Assembly (NCBI GenBank): GCA_043228905.1
Contig: JBHGNT010000004.1
Span: 124,001 to 188,000, forward strand
Length of the DNA: 64,000 nt
Direction of reading: 5' to 3'
Source of the DNA: Azolla caroliniana
Lineage: Eukaryota; Plantae; Polypodiophyta
Positions 25,001 to 39,379 of the stretch are shown here, piece after piece; within the stretch, counting starts at the first letter, position 1, and every line of letters begins with the position of its first letter. Made by a program: the position numbers and the translations under genes. Under the pieces are notes generated by a model that was given only the letters and a program-made list of their open reading frames with translations, made no database searches and was not told where the DNA came from.

Positions 25001-28000
25001 AAATCCATTATCTTATTCATAGACGCACCAAGTATTTGGTAATCCTCTTCCAAGAGTGACATGATACATATGGGAGTCGACTTGTAGACAATAGATATGG
25101 GCAATGAGAGGGTCTGATGGAGTCACAGTGTTTTTCAAAGAGTTCAACTGTCTGCATTGTCCGTAGAGATGAAAATATACACGTGGGTCAGATGGAGGTA
25201 AATGAACGCAGACTGCTCATTGCCATATGTTATTTCCCTCTATGCACTTCCTGTTATTCTGTTCCAAGCTCAATCACCTTATCTTATTTTGGATGAGGAT
25301 ATTTGGAAGTTCATGAGAATGGGGAGGCCATCTTGCTTGGAGGCGTCAATGCTAGTCAGCGTTATGTGATACGTCATAGGTACTAGTATTTGCAGTTCAC
25401 CTTATATGATTTTAGATGAGGTTATTTGGGGGTTCTCGAGAAATACAACAAAATGAGTGAGTCAATGAAGATTATTCAACAAGCATTGAAACTTCCTCCG
25501 ATCATCTTGCTTGGAGGTTTCAATGCTACTCATCTTTCTTTGATACTCATATAGGTACCAGTATTTGCATTTGACACTTCTTGTTTATTCTAATCTTGGT
25601 CTGGGATATCATACATATTTAGAATCAGGGTGGATATTTATTTCATATTCCTTATTTATTAAGATCTAAACATGCTCTTTTTTTGTGTTGATCATATTGT
25701 GTCACTGTTGGGTCTCATTATTAGAGACAATTATATTCTCTCGTGACTATCTCAAAGTTATTATCTGCCCATATCTTGATGATATCTGGTGCTGGTGAAA
25801 TGCGCCCTCTTTCATGAGATTCAACATTCTATATTCATTGTGCAATGTCATATAATTTTGCTGATACTCTTCACTTTATATTTTACAGGTTCACTTGGAG
25901 AATGAAAATGTTAACAGGAAGGAGAGGTGTTGTGATACTGTATGCATACATGCTCCTTGGTCTAGGTTTTTTGCGTTCCATAACACCAAATTTTGGTGCT
26001 TTGTCAAGCCAAGAACAACAACTTGAAGGATTGTTCCGGTACGTGCATGGTACTTGGAAGTTAGGATATATTCTGTGATTCCATATGATGCTGGGGGCTC
26101 ATGTAATGAAAACTATGATTTGCAATTGTAAGGTACATGCATTCAAGGCTACATTCACATGCAGAGTCTGTTGCATTCTTTGGCGGAGGTTCTCGTGAAC
26201 AAGCGGTAAGATCCTTTTGATACATTATTTACATTTCAAATTTGTCCCATTGTAATGTGTGTATAGTAGTTATCAGCTAAAATAAGCGCAACCATCTTAA
26301 ATATAGATGATTGAAGCACGGTTCACCGCCTTACTCGAGCATTCCAAGAAGCTCCTGAGGAAGAGATGGATATTTGGGATTGCTGATGAATTCATTACCA
26401 AGCAGCTCCCGCACAATGTCACATGGGGATTGAGTCTCCTATATGCAATGGAACATCGAGGGAATCGTGCTTCTATATCAGTTCAAGGTTGGAAAACGTA
26501 ATTGGAACTATACAATAAGGAATACTTACACATCTATATAGTATACTCTCCTATCTCTTGTTTATTCTTTATTAATGTGGATTATTTCCAGGGGAGTTGG
26601 CACATGCATTGCGATTCTTAGCTTCAGTTGTATCACAGAGTTTTTTGGCATTTGGGGATCTTTTAGAACTGTATCGCAAGTTCCTTGAACTTTCAGGTGG
26701 CATATCCAGAATATCAGAGTTGGACGAGCTTCTTCATGCTGCCCAGAAAGGTATTGCAGTTTTTCTGTTGAATAATTACTGGATCTCTCTCTTATCTCCT
26801 CGTTTATCCATGTTCATCTAGCTTGTAGGTGATATCTCTCTCTGAATCATGTCTTTCTCTCTTCCTAGAGAATTCAAACTGATTAAATTTGAAGGAAAGA
26901 AACCGCTGTGCATAAAAATGATGGCAGTAACAGATTGCATCTCTAGAGTGATGAGAAGGGACAGTTGCTTACACAGATACGTAAAAGATAGTTTCTTTTC
27001 TAGAGAAGAATTTTTCTACGAACAAAGGCTCTTTATAAAAGATAATTTGTTGTGGAATGCATAATGTCAGATGGGGATTTCTGTCACAAAAGATACAGAC
27101 TTATAGAGAGAATCATACACTCACAGCATGATCAGAAATTTTGTATGAGAGCTTCTTGTGTTGTGTTGAGGACATACCATAAAAATGGTTGTATTATACT
27201 CTACTGTCTTCTAATAGTGCTTTGAGAGGCCACAAACCTTAATAATTCCCGTTGGCCCTGTTAACCTCTTTGAAGCATAGCAACAAAAATATAAAGATAA
27301 TAAAGTCCATACTTTTGCTCAGACTCATGTCTCTTTCTATGTCTGGCTCTGTATATGCATTATATGTGCATCGACTGTGAAGAAACAATATCATACGTCA
27401 TTCTCGCATATTTATTTTTCACATCTTGTTTCACCTTTGACTTAGTATGTTTGTGCAATATGTATATCGCTGCTTGTTCAATGGATCAGCTTTAGTGATT
27501 TAAATGAAGTCCAAAAGTATGTGTTAACTTGAGATATTCAGAATATATAACATGCTGGCAGAGTCGGAGGATCTAAGCAATGTGGAGAATAGTAATGTTA
27601 TCACCTTCTCTGAAGTAGACATCGTGACACCAGCACAAAAGCTACTTGCCAGGAAATTGAGTTTCGATGTTTCACCTGGTAGAAGCTTGCTAGTAACAGG
27701 TGATCAATGGATGTAGTCTTTTGACTAATTTCAATTACAAAATTGTTTATCCAAGGATGAATAACAACTCAACAACCATTTGCTTAAATATGGATGTTTA
27801 GGGCCAAATGGTGCTGGGAAGAGCTCCTTGTTCCGAGTGCTTGGTGGATTATGGCCAATAGCAAGTGGAAGAATTGCGAAACCAACAGCAGATAATCAGT
27901 ATACAGTGGGGCGAAGCCAAGATATCTTCTATGTACCACAACAGCCTTATACGGCTCTAGGGACACTTAGGGATCAGATTATATATCCTTTGACACTAGA

Positions 28001-28970
28001 AGATGCCATCACAAAAATGTCACAAGCATACAATGAAGGTTCTCCGTTTTTCTAAGATACAAATTGGGCATCTCTATTTCATATTACTCTACATTCTAAG
28101 AGTAGAAGTGCTGATGCATATCTTCCTTTGTGATATTTTAACAGGAGATCGAGATAAAGCGTTACATCTACTTGATCGCAAATTGCTATCAACTTTGCAG
28201 GATGTTCGACTCGTTTATTTGCTTGAACGAGAGGGGGGATGGGATACTGTCACAAACTGGGAGGATATGCTTTCCTTGGGCGAACAACAACGCTTTGGCA
28301 TGGTGTGTGTCTTTCAACTCTTTGACATGGATACATGTACATTTGTACATTGTCCAAAATAAATAAATTCTCTGGGCCGGGGAGATTTTTGTTTAGACTA
28401 GTTTCAGATGCTTTATCATACTCACTGTTATCAACATTTATCTTGACTTTGAGCAGGCTCGTCTATTTTTCCATCAGCCCAAGTATGGTATCTTGGATGA
28501 ATGCACAAAGTATGTGCTCTCGCTGGTTCTCCTGTTTTTCTTTCATATGTTATTGTGTCTTACATGATTTACATTTTTCCTTTTAATTTACTATTCCAGT
28601 TTTTTCTTTCTATAAATTGATTTAAATATTTTATTTTAACTTAAATAATGTAATAAATGTTTAGTGCTATAAATAATGCATTTATTTTCAATTGAAGTGC
28701 AACAAGCATAGATGTTGAAGAGCATCTTTACAAGCTGGCGACTGCAATGGATATAACAGTGGTCACCATTTCCCAGGTGAAGAAAACAAGAATTTGGAGC
28801 TATGTTATTTATAATCACTTCTGTTTTTTAGAATCCACATAATTAGGGGCTCTTTTTTTGTTCAGAGGCCTGCCCTCATCCCTTTCCATTCCATGGAGTT
28901 GAATTTGGTGGATGGTGAAGGTGGATGGGAATTGCGATCAATACGGTCCACTCATAATGGAGAATATTGA
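16053..28970 (+). CDS. ABCD1: Full-size peroxisomal ABC transporter, subfamily D (COMATOSE/PXA1/PED3-like), ~25 exons
   Basis: GT-AG exons join into TMD1-NBD1-TMD2-NBD2. Exon 1 16053-16081 (MERIVKNPK), [19 protein letters not shown]-like [23 protein letters not shown], Walker A GPNGSGKS and [16 protein letters not shown] twice, ILDECT. Last exon 28866-28970 ends ...[16 protein letters not shown]. Start exon is inferred. Confidence 0.93.
16518..16670. repeat. Near-perfect 75-bp tandem duplication in ABCD intron 2
   Basis: tgtggtatggattctc...atcacttgtt starts at 16518 and 16593, about 1 mismatch. Confidence 0.92.
21980..22890 (-). mobile_element. Decayed non-L1 LINE 3' remnant (RTE/L2/CR1-group-like C-terminus) in ABCD intron 13
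   Basis: Minus strand [19 protein letters not shown] (~22775-22830) and [48 protein letters not shown]; interrupted by stops. Confidence 0.7.
24029..24299. mobile_element. Possible MITE/non-autonomous DNA element
   Basis: Imperfect TIR CAGTGGTGTGGTT...AACCATCACTG with clustered AAACC(G/A)/AACCC internal motifs; no TSD found. Confidence 0.3.
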
Positions 28971-29229
28971 TTGATTGTATAGGTTTGGTTGAAGACATTT
29001 CTAAATATTTTTCAGAGGTGGTGAGTTCAAATCACCTTGTTATTCTTTGTTTTTTGGCTATTCAAAATGTCCCTCAAACTTTTACTAGATCATCCTCCAA
29101 AAGGGGAGGTTTGAGTATAATTAGTGACTTAAAAACACCCTGTTCAATAAACATTTCAAGTAGTTCAATTTTTTTTCTTTCTTTGCATTGTGGTTCAAAT
29201 GTCATTCTAGGTTCAAATGTCACTATAAC

Positions 29230-29684
29230 TATTACGGGCATGACCATATAATATCCCGTGATGAGAATTTACCGTAGTATTCTGTACACGTGGATAAGTG
29301 TGAGGGTTAAACGAGAGTGTAAAGAAGGGGAGGATTACTTTTAATCCTCGGGATTGAGACAACCCATTAGGCCAAGTGTGAACTTGCCTGGGGGCCTTGG
29401 GTATCGCTATAAATAAGAGGCCTAGCTACCCTCATTTAATTATCTTGTTGACTACGTCGAGACTCTGTCTTGTGGTGGGTCAACTCTTGTAGTGAGCGCG
29501 CTAGCACTAGGTACGACTTGATGCCACGACGGTGGTATGGGACGTCGATCGAGGCTCGAGTCTGTCTCGATCCCTTCGCTCGGGGGTGGTCGGGTGGATC
29601 GACACCCTTCTTTCTCTCTCTCCTTTCTATCTAGATCTATATTCTATCCTTATCTAATGCTTACATTAGTTCATGTCTCTGACA
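29230..29684 (+). mobile_element. Solo LTR, family A, copy 2 (best preserved), 455 bp
   Basis: T(A)TTACGGGC...TCTGACA, perfect 5-bp TSD ATAAC (29225-29229, 29685-29689), internal TATAAATA at ~29408. Lies 260 bp downstream of the ABCD stop. Confidence 0.85.
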
Positions 29685-31546
29685 ATAACATTCTATCAAA
29701 GCTGGTTTTGAAAACGTAATGTAACAATGCAACTCTCATATGATTAGAGTTATCTATGAATATGTAAATCATGGCACCTCAAAATGTACATATAATCTAA
29801 TTATCCTTTTGTAAATTGAATTGGTTACAGATAATTGTCTCAGCTTGTTTTATGAATATGTATGATTAGTACAAAAACATGGTGAATGTCTTTGGCATGA
29901 CCATGTATGAACCTGTAATTTGAAAATGTAACGGGTACAAAACCAAGTTATTTTGTAATATGCATAGATATCAACATTTCATTCTCATGATATGGCTTAA
30001 GGATTTTTGTTGTGATGAACTCAAGATACTAATTCACCTGTCAACTATCCAATATATGGTCATACTCCCTTCTGAGGATTCACATACAACATTGTGTTGA
30101 CCTTTAAACTTCCATAGTGATGTACAAAGACAACCTTAATCATTAAGGGATGAACAAAAGTTGTATGGAGAGAAACTTAAGGTGTGAATGATGACAAAAT
30201 TCCACCCCAGATCAACATTGTCATCATGGGGTTGGGCACATTAAAATGCATATAGGGTGAAAAAGTCATGAATAGGACTAGAAATGGAAACCTTGCCATC
30301 CAAAGGAGTGGATTTTTTCATTCAATTGCAAAAACATTCATGATGAAAATAAAACATCAAAATGATTTGAATATGGAACCTTGTTGTCCAAAGATTCCAT
30401 CCAAAGTGGTGTTTTCCATTTGGGTGTTACAAAAATTCATGATAAGAAAACATAAAAAGCATCCAAACTAATGGGGTTTTCCATTACCACAATCGTTTAT
30501 AAGAGGGTTGGCTACGTCATACATATCATGTACTTTTCTAGTGCTAGTTAATGGAGTCTTATTTATATTATGTTTACCTAATAAAATTTTGCGTTCATGA
30601 CATGCATGATGATGTATGTAGTGGATTCTTGTATCTATCTCAAAGTCATATTTGTAAGACACTAAGGGTTGATTGACTTGAAACTATACAATTTGGCCAT
30701 GCTATAATGCCAATGTCACTCGAGACATTTTCATTAGCCTCACCATATTCACCCCAATCCTCATGTATGATGCTACTAGATGAGCTTTTAGCTTCCTCAT
30801 CCACACATGGGCATAGATAGTGTCCTTTAGTCATGATGTTGTCAAGGTTGATATGTAACAAAGTTTACTCCCACATGATTAGTTTTACACCTTATCATGA
30901 TAGAAATGTCATTGTTGAAAGTGTAATTCTTTGATGTGACATGGATCAAATTGTATTGATGAGGTGAAAAACAGGTTTAAATAGATCAAGGAGAAGGATT
31001 GTGTGCTCACAGGTGATGGTGGTTCAACAACAATGGCCTCGATATCAAGAAATATGCCACTCTCCATGCAAACTTCACCCACCATTTGACAAATGATGGA
31101 GAAGGCCGATCGGTGGCCCTCTAACCCCAAAGCTTGCTCAAGCTTTCGACACATTTCTTAATGAGATGTGCAATTTGAGCAATTGGGCTATCAAGTCATC
31201 CTCTTTTGATCTCTCTTTCATTTCAAATTAGGAGAACGTTTTCACTTACCTAGTATATTGAGACATACACACACACACACAAAAAGAAGAAGAAGAAGCA
31301 TAGATTTGCTCATATAGAGATACATATGTATATATAAACAACCCCCTATACATATTTTCAAGAAATCCCCAAATTACCCCTGATATTTTCAAGAAATTCC
31401 CAAACTACCCCTGAACTCTCCTTCCATTTCCGTCTGATTCACGAAGACGACACGACACGCGCACATCTAAATACTGCTGTCTAGACTCTAAACGACGATC
31501 TCGTTTCTACCTTCTTCTAAATCGCAGGGACGGACGGAAGGAAACA

Positions 31547-34500
31547 ATGATGAGGAGGAGAGCTGCAGCCTTGTTCGCACTGCGGCATCAATGGAGCAAG
31601 CCGACCAAGCTTCGTTTTCTCCCTCTCTCGACACAATCATCTGTAAGCATCTGAGAGCGAGAGAGAAAGATAGATGAGGCACGGAGAGAAAGTTGGGCCC
31701 TTTATATCGTATTGCATTCGATTGAAGCCTGCTACTAGGAGAGAGAACATGGAATAAATGAAATGTTATATGAAGGCGTGTGCGTTTTTATGTGTGTGTG
31801 TGTGTGTGTGTGTTCATGTAAACACGCGCATATATATAATCATCATACATATTGATACACACAAAATTCAGCATTTTAGTTCAATTATACATACATATGC
31901 TTATGTCCCACATGTACACACATTGGTACCTCCATACCGATCTTATAATCATCATTATCACTATGCATACATACATACATACCTACATCATACATATTGA
32001 TACACATACATAACGAAAATGACATATGTAAACAATGTAGAAGAGATGTACAAAAATCGTTGGATTCTGTGAGTTTCTGTTCTGTTGAACCTGGAAAATC
32101 TAGTCGATTCAACACTTATTATTGAAGATGAAGAAGATATTGAGCTATCGAAGATTTCTACATTGTATACATTCAGTTGAAGACCAAGGCGAAAGATCAA
32201 GAAGAACCAGACAGATTGAAAAGAAAATGATACATGAAAAGACGCCAGATTAAGTTACATCCATGTTTGATTAATTAAACACAAATGTATCGTAGGGATT
32301 AAAAGGATATTCAAGCATTAAGAAATGATAAATCACTGAAAGAATTATGAATGTGGCTAAAAAAGAGAATGATATGTGCCACAAAAGTAAGAAAGCAGCT
32401 TTTTTGTTGTAGCAAAGAAGCAATATCAGCAAGAATTCCAGTACAAGATGCTTAAAAAAACTTGAACACTGGATGATGTGAAAACTTGATGAAGATAGTG
32501 ATTGGTATTTTCATGTAACAACCCAAACTATATACATTTGTTTTGCTGTGGCATTTTTACAATATGCTATTTCCAAGAACTCTTGCATTGTTAATAAATG
32601 GTTTATCTCATTATACGGTGGATCATCCTTACATCAAGGTCTTTAGGTCCTGTGGTAAATTACCTTTTTCCCTTTAAATAGTTGCTCACATCTTAAGCTA
32701 ATTTTCCCGATGGTTTTTGTTTTTAGAAACCAACAGAAGAATACGATGTTGTTATTGTAGGAGGTGGCATGGTTGGGGCTGCAGTTGCGTGTGGCTTAGG
32801 TAAATTCTTCCATAGAAAAGAAAGAAAGAAAGAAACATTATTGTCTCTAAAAGATTATAAATGGCCTATGTGACCTAGCAAGGGTTACATAGCGAAAATG
32901 AAATCGTTGGCTATTTACCTTACACGTTGCAACCAAACCTCTATTTGGAAGAGCATAATTGAGTATGAGACCTAACAATGGGTACATAGAGTCTCTGTTA
33001 TTTCCTTCAGTTTTTTGACAAATTATTTCTTTTGATATGAATCATAGGAAATGACAAACTAACTAGCTCATTACGGGTGGCTATCGTTGATAGTAAATCT
33101 ATTATTGGGGGAGGGAAAGAATTGCCTTCAGTTCCAGATCCAAGAGTCAGTGCTATTACACCATTAACAGTGAAATTTCTGAAAGGTATTGTATGTGAAG
33201 TTGAAGATTTGAGTATGCATTGATCAGGTGGTTGATAATTGCATGAAATTTGATTGATCTTTATGGTTGACCATTACAAGAAATGTGATTGATTTATGAT
33301 GAATCTTTACTGTTTCTTTAGATTTATAGTATTTTTTATATTGAAAATTGTTCTGTTTTTTTAATGACAGATGTTAATGCGTGGAAATATATTGAAAACA
33401 GTAGGCATGCTCCATTTGATTCAATGCAGGTATGCGAGTTCTGAAATTGTATGGTGATTCAATGATTTAGTTCTGAAATTAGACGTTTTTGCTGTAATTT
33501 GGAATGAGAATATTTTTTGAATGTAGATGCATATGTGAATTTGGATATCTACTATAGATGTAGAGTAGTCCCTGGTTGATTAGTGTGGTGTTATGTATAT
33601 ACATACATACATACATACATACATACATACATACATACGTATATATATATATTCATTTACAGGGTTTCTCCTCCCAGAGATTATGCTTTTAACCGAACAT
33701 GACACTGAAATAATTTGATTTCCTATTTGAAGGTATGGGATTATACAGGTCTAGGGTACACTCGCTATAATGCTGCTGATGTGGGCAAGCGTGTGCTTGG
33801 GTAGGTGTATGAGTATAGCTATCTATCATGTTTTCATCTTGAATACTGATGTATGTGTTGTCCAAATTGTCTTATCTGGTGTGCTGAAAGCTTAATGTTT
33901 ATTCTTTTGTGTAGATATGTAGTGGAGAACAATGTTATTCTTATGGCACTACATTCAACATTGCAGGTAGTTAAGCAAATTGTACCATTCTTTAAAGATT
34001 GATTTGCGTATATCTATGTTTCTATCTATTGAAAGATATATAAGAAATGTTACCCGAAGTTTGTGAGCTTGAATGCAATTGTGATTTCTTCATATTGCAG
34101 GATTTAGGACATGCTACAATTATTTCTCCTGCAACAGTGAAATCTATTGAGTTGGATGCAATTATTGGTGGTGGTGAAGAGATCCTTCAGAGACATGGGT
34201 TGGCCCAAATTGAACTAGATAACGGACAATGTTTGCATACACGTCTTGTGGTAGGTAAGGATACTGGTTAAAAGTTGACTTAAACAATATATCTTTGTTA
34301 ATGATAATGTCTCTCTTTGTCAGTCATACAAAATAGTCATTGTTAAGGATTCAAAACATTTTCTTTGTGAATGGTCAAATAGCCCAACCACTACAATCTT
34401 AATGCATGAACAGAAATACAAAACCTAGTGGACGAATAGATGCTGCATATCTTATAAACTAATAATGTGCCATATAGGTGTTTGCTACGGATATATGTAT

Positions 34501-35640
34501 ATGTTCTAGATATTCACATTAGTAAAGATAAGCGTGAGTATACCGTGTGTATGAACATTTATCTATTAAGCAAGTTAGCTCATCTTATATTCTTTTAGTG
34601 TACCTTGATGAAATAATTATCAATATTCAAATTATGTCAGGTGGGTGCTGATGGAGGCAATTCAAAGGTCAGATCATTAGCTGGGTTGCAGACATTCAAG
34701 AGACAATATGAACAAGAGGGACTTGTTTGCACCCTTGAGACAGAAAAGAGTCATTCAACTGCATGGCAACGTTTTTTACCTACTGGTCCCTTGGCCATTC
34801 TCCCTATTGGAAACAATTTTAGCAACATTGTGTGGTCTACTACTCCACAACAAGCACAGCAACTGAAGAATATGAGTGATGAAGACTTTGTTGCAAACGT
34901 TAATGAAGCACTTGTGAGCAAATATGGCTCATTTCCATCCTCCATATTATCTCAGCTATTAGGAGGCACATTGGGAAATTTTCTTGGCATTGTTCCATCA
35001 TGTTCTGAACCCTTTGAAGCTCCTCCTCACATAATCAAATGCTTATCCAAGAGGGCATCTTTTCCTTTGTCGCTTAATCATGCTTATAAATATGTTCTGC
35101 ATCGGCTTGCTTTAGTTGGAGATGCTGCTCATTCAGTGCATCCATTAGCAGGACAAGGAGTAAACCTTGGTTTTGGTGATGCTGCATCATTGGTCAGTGT
35201 TCTTAAATCAGGAGTTGAGCTTGGTGCAGATATTGGCGAGGTGTGTTTATCAACCTTCATTGTTTTTTTTTTGTTTGATATCTTTATCTTTTATTTATGA
35301 TGCATTATTTATTTTGTCAGATAAATATAGCATTATCTCTTTTAGAATGCACCAGTACTTTCCCTTCTGAACATGCATTTGTCACTCAGAGAGAGAGAGA
35401 GAGATTCCTTTACAGGTTTCTTTGTTGGAGGAATATGAGAGGAAACAAAAGTTTGCAAATGTCCCAATGATGACAATCTTAGATGGGTTCCAGAGGGTCT
35501 TCGGCATGGATATTGGTCCTGTAAATGCTGCCCGTGCTGCCGCATTCAGCGCTGTACAGCTGTTCAGTCCTTTGAAAAGGCAAGTGATTTCATATGCAAC
35601 AGGCGAAGGTGGATTTCTCAGGTCTAAACTTTTTGAGTGA
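31547..35640 (+). CDS. COQ6: Ubiquinone biosynthesis FAD monooxygenase COQ6, mitochondrial, 9 exons
   Basis: Exon 1 31547-31642 encodes an Arg-rich, acid-free transit-like peptide MMRRRAAALFALRHQW... and splices phase 0 to 32727 (EYDVVIVGGGMVG). Further motifs PDPRVSAIT, MQVWD, YVVEN, VGADGGNSKVR, AWQRFLPTGPLAILP, GDAAHSVHPLAGQGVNLGFGD. Stop at 35640. Confidence 0.92.
33598..33652. repeat. (TACA)n(TA)n microsatellite in a COQ6 intron
   Basis: Directly visible. Confidence 0.9.
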
Positions 35641-38600
35641 AGCGAAAAAAATTCGATTTTAATGTTTCTATTGTGGTCTCTTCATTCCCTGGTTAAAGAA
35701 TTTTAAAGTTCAAGGTAATTATGTAAGTGCATAAAACAAAACAAAGCATAATGGCATGTGAATAAAATTTGGTAATAATTTAGTTATCCCTGTAATTATG
35801 ATTATTGATATAATTCATATGTAACACAAAGCTTCAGGTGCTTATTTCCATAATGAATATTTGTTATGTGGTAATTTTATTGACCATGTTGCATTATTGA
35901 ATCTTGAGATGATGTGAAGGTTGTGGTAAAATTAGTTATGCATTATAGAGTGAAGTTGGTGAAGTTCGTCAACATTTGTATGGAGAATTAATTCTTTAAA
36001 TATAGAGATCCACTGTCATCTTATATTAGCTTTTGTTTACCAAAAGATAATACAAGTAATGATCCCATCGTAAGATCTGCATCCAGTTGGGGGACAATAT
36101 CAGTAATTCTTGATCATAGGAATGGTTTGGAGAGGAAAGAAGTATCTTCTCTTAGTAACATTGATTCTTGTTGGTGTCCTATTGGGAGTTTGTGGCTCCA
36201 AAGCTTAAACTCTAGTTAGTAGCAATCGTAAGATCTAGATCCTGATGTGGTGAAATGTGGCAATCTTAAATAAACAATGAATATTGGCATTTTGGAATTT
36301 TCATAATTCAAGTTTTTTTTTAAAGAAATTCTCACAGATGTTGAAAACAGTAGTTTTAGTTCGTTACCCTCCTCCCCACCTTTTTTTGTTCATTTTTGAA
36401 AAATAAATCATATATATGCGTGTATATAGTAATTCTTCATAAGACACGGCAAAATGCAATATATTGTGAAAGGATCTATTTCCCTTGTAATAGTTTCTCA
36501 TGATCTTCTTTTAGTATTAGATATGCTTCTATTCGACTTCCCTTCTCAGGTCATGTTTTTAACATATATTTTGGGTTAAAAACCAAAACATTCTTTAGTG
36601 TGATTGACATTTGTTTATGTGGTCATTGGGGCACTCGAGTGACTATGCACATGTGTACGATTTCAAGAGCCACAAATCGATGTGTGGGTTTTTGACACCA
36701 TTGGCACCATTAGCACCATTAGCACACCCATGTTGGTACATGATTAACAAGTTGAAGTATAAGGACTACACTTACAGATAACCACTCTTAGAAGAAAGCA
36801 GTCTTGTATATTATGATGGATATGAAAACATGTAAAAATTGTTGACCATGTGGATGTTGCATCGTATATCATCGTTGTATGTGAGCATTAGAACAAAGCT
36901 AGTGGTATGTAGCTTTGAAGGTATTTGATGAATAGTGACTTTCATACAAAGATTTTGGGACCTACCCCATAGGTTTCATGCCTCTATGGTATTGATAGAA
37001 GGTGCTCAAATGAGTACTTGGTTAGGCTTGCATGGTATTTGTGTAGAGTCAACTTCAAGAGGGATTTGAACCATTGGTGTGCCATTCTCTTTGGTATACA
37101 TCAATTAGATCTCACTCACAAATTCATGCATTTGTCTATGAATGCATCATGCATAAAAGGACCACCCAAAACTTGTAGTCCAAGTTGGTAAGACATAATG
37201 AAAACCACATTAGAACGTTTCCTTACATGCAACATTCAATCCTACTCTGTTTATAATCAATAGATGCACTGCTAAATCGAGCAATAACAACCTTATCAAC
37301 TCATCTCCTCCCATTGTGTGCAATGGGGACCATTGTTTAAGCACATTGATTTGAAGGTTATGTAACACATTATGTTATAGATAAATCATCAAGCTTCACA
37401 AGTTAGCCATATTCAAAGCAAATGAGGGGGCCATATTTATTGTGAGCATGGGGAAGATAAACTAGCTGATTTTCATGGGTTCGTTGTTTCAAATTGTTGA
37501 GCATAGAAAAAGCAAGAGTGGGGTGTATGCAATAACTAGAGATATGTATATGCTTGACAAGTAGTTGGAGTTTTTGGCGATGTGTTTAGAATCCCTCGCT
37601 CTCTTGCTTTAGATGTTAATCTTGTATGCTAGATCTCCAACCCATGCATTGAGATCCAAATCTCACAATTGCACTAATTGAATAGATGTTAGGGGGTTGA
37701 CACCATTATCATCTGTTATAATTCATGCAACCACCTTACCAACAGATCTACATCTTTCTAGTTTTATTGTTACTCCTTAATTCAAAGCATGTTTGTATAG
37801 ACTCTCTCTTCTTGATCATAGTTGTGGGGCAGAAAACATGCTACTATCAAAGCACAAAACATCAAGACGTCCAAATTTTTTCATGGCATGTCTCAAGATA
37901 TCTCTTCTGAATGTTATTTGATCTGGTGACATGTAGAATCTAGATGTGCTAATGCTATCCAAACACAGTTTTTCACACGTAAATGGTTCTCCTTCTTGCT
38001 CTATTTAGGTCACCGAGTCTATGGGAGATAATGGGCTTGATGAATGTAGAAGCACTCCAATTTTGTTGGACGAATTTATGTATATGCTGATCACGCTGAT
38101 TTATACTTGACCAATACAATATGTATTTGGAGCCTGATCAATTATAATATGTATTTGGATGTTCTTTTTAGCATGTCATTTCTTTGTGAATGGTTTCGAT
38201 GAAATTGTTTGCTCATTAACCCATCCCATGAAAGGTCTAATTCAAAAAACTAATGTAAAAATAAAGAAGAATCATTAAGAAAATATTGTATACCAACAAT
38301 ATTTCGGCCTTTAAAGCATAAAGAGATCCCATTTTGAGTAGAGGAAAATTCCCGATGTATGTGTAATTCCTTTGCAAAAAGATAAAGAGGGTCTGGGTAA
38401 TTTGCGGTACAGAAGTCAAAGAGGGAGGAGCAATAGAAGAAGACATGATTGAACCACCACATATACACATCATGCAAACCAGAGAAATTGATTGATGGAT
38501 CTCTTATGCAGGTTGGGTCCAGAGGGAGGGAATTCCAGATATATATGGTCAAGGAAGAGGATAGTAGTGAAAAAGAATTTGATGATGATGAAATCTTACC

Positions 38601-38699
38601 TGAGCATATGAGAGGAGTAGAATTAGACTTCTATGGTGTATTCCCACTGGTGATGTGGCCATTTTTATTAGAATTGGTGAATTGAGGTTAGAATGAAGG

Positions 38700-39323
38700 C
38701 TATGAGGTGAGATGCAAGGCTTGATTAGAGGCCATAGTCACAGATTGAATTAAACCAATAAGTTGTGCACCTTGTGTGGAATTGTCCACAGTTGTGGGCA
38801 TGGGAGCATCGGATATGGTGGTGGTGTCGATGCATTTGCCGGCAGAGCAAGAGATAACGGGTGTGATGGGACCGCCGCAAATGGCATAACATTCGCCACA
38901 ATGTAGCGGGTTGCTCGAAACATCGACACAAAATGAATGGATTCCTCCTCTATCTCTTCCGCAACATTGCATCATTGGCACTCTACCACCTACACTTATA
39001 TTACCATAATTCCTCGCGCATTCACCATCCTCAGTGCACGACATCACCCTCGCCAACCTAATCACTACCTTGTGATCTCCTCCTTCTCCTTCTTCTTGTT
39101 TTTGTTGAGTTACATTATGAACCCTGCCCTCCGGATCAATATTGATGTGAAATGCTTCGGTTACCTCTATAAATGTCGCTCGCCCAAACATCTTAGCTGA
39201 GATGTTTTGTGGCTTCATAACAAGTGTTGTCCTCCTCATTTGCATCTCGGTTGACATCAAAACCATCAACCATATTATCATCCCCACACGTACATGTATT
39301 CCCACATGATCATCCCTCGCCAT
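38700..39323 (-). CDS. STIG1-family-like cysteine-rich secreted protein
   Basis: 207-aa ORF with N-terminal hydrophobic segment (VGMIIWLMVLMS) and C..C...CC...CVDVSSNPLHCGECYAIC...SCSAGKCID, matching the Stig1 pattern CC..CVD...D..NCG.CG..C...CC.G.C. Confidence 0.7.
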   Translation of the reverse strand: MARDDHVGIHVRVGMIIWLMVLMSTEMQMRRTTLVMKPQNISAKMFGRATFIEVTEAFHINIDPEGRVHNVTQQKQEEGEGGDHKVVIRLARVMSCTEDGECARNYGNISVGGRVPMMQCCGRDRGGIHSFCVDVSSNPLHCGECYAICGGPITPVISCSAGKCIDTTTISDAPMPTTVDNSTQGAQLIGLIQSVTMASNQALHLTS

Positions 39324-39379
39324 TGTTTGTCGCTTTCATAACATGCCAAGAGTTTGTTACATCGTGAATGTATGCACCA

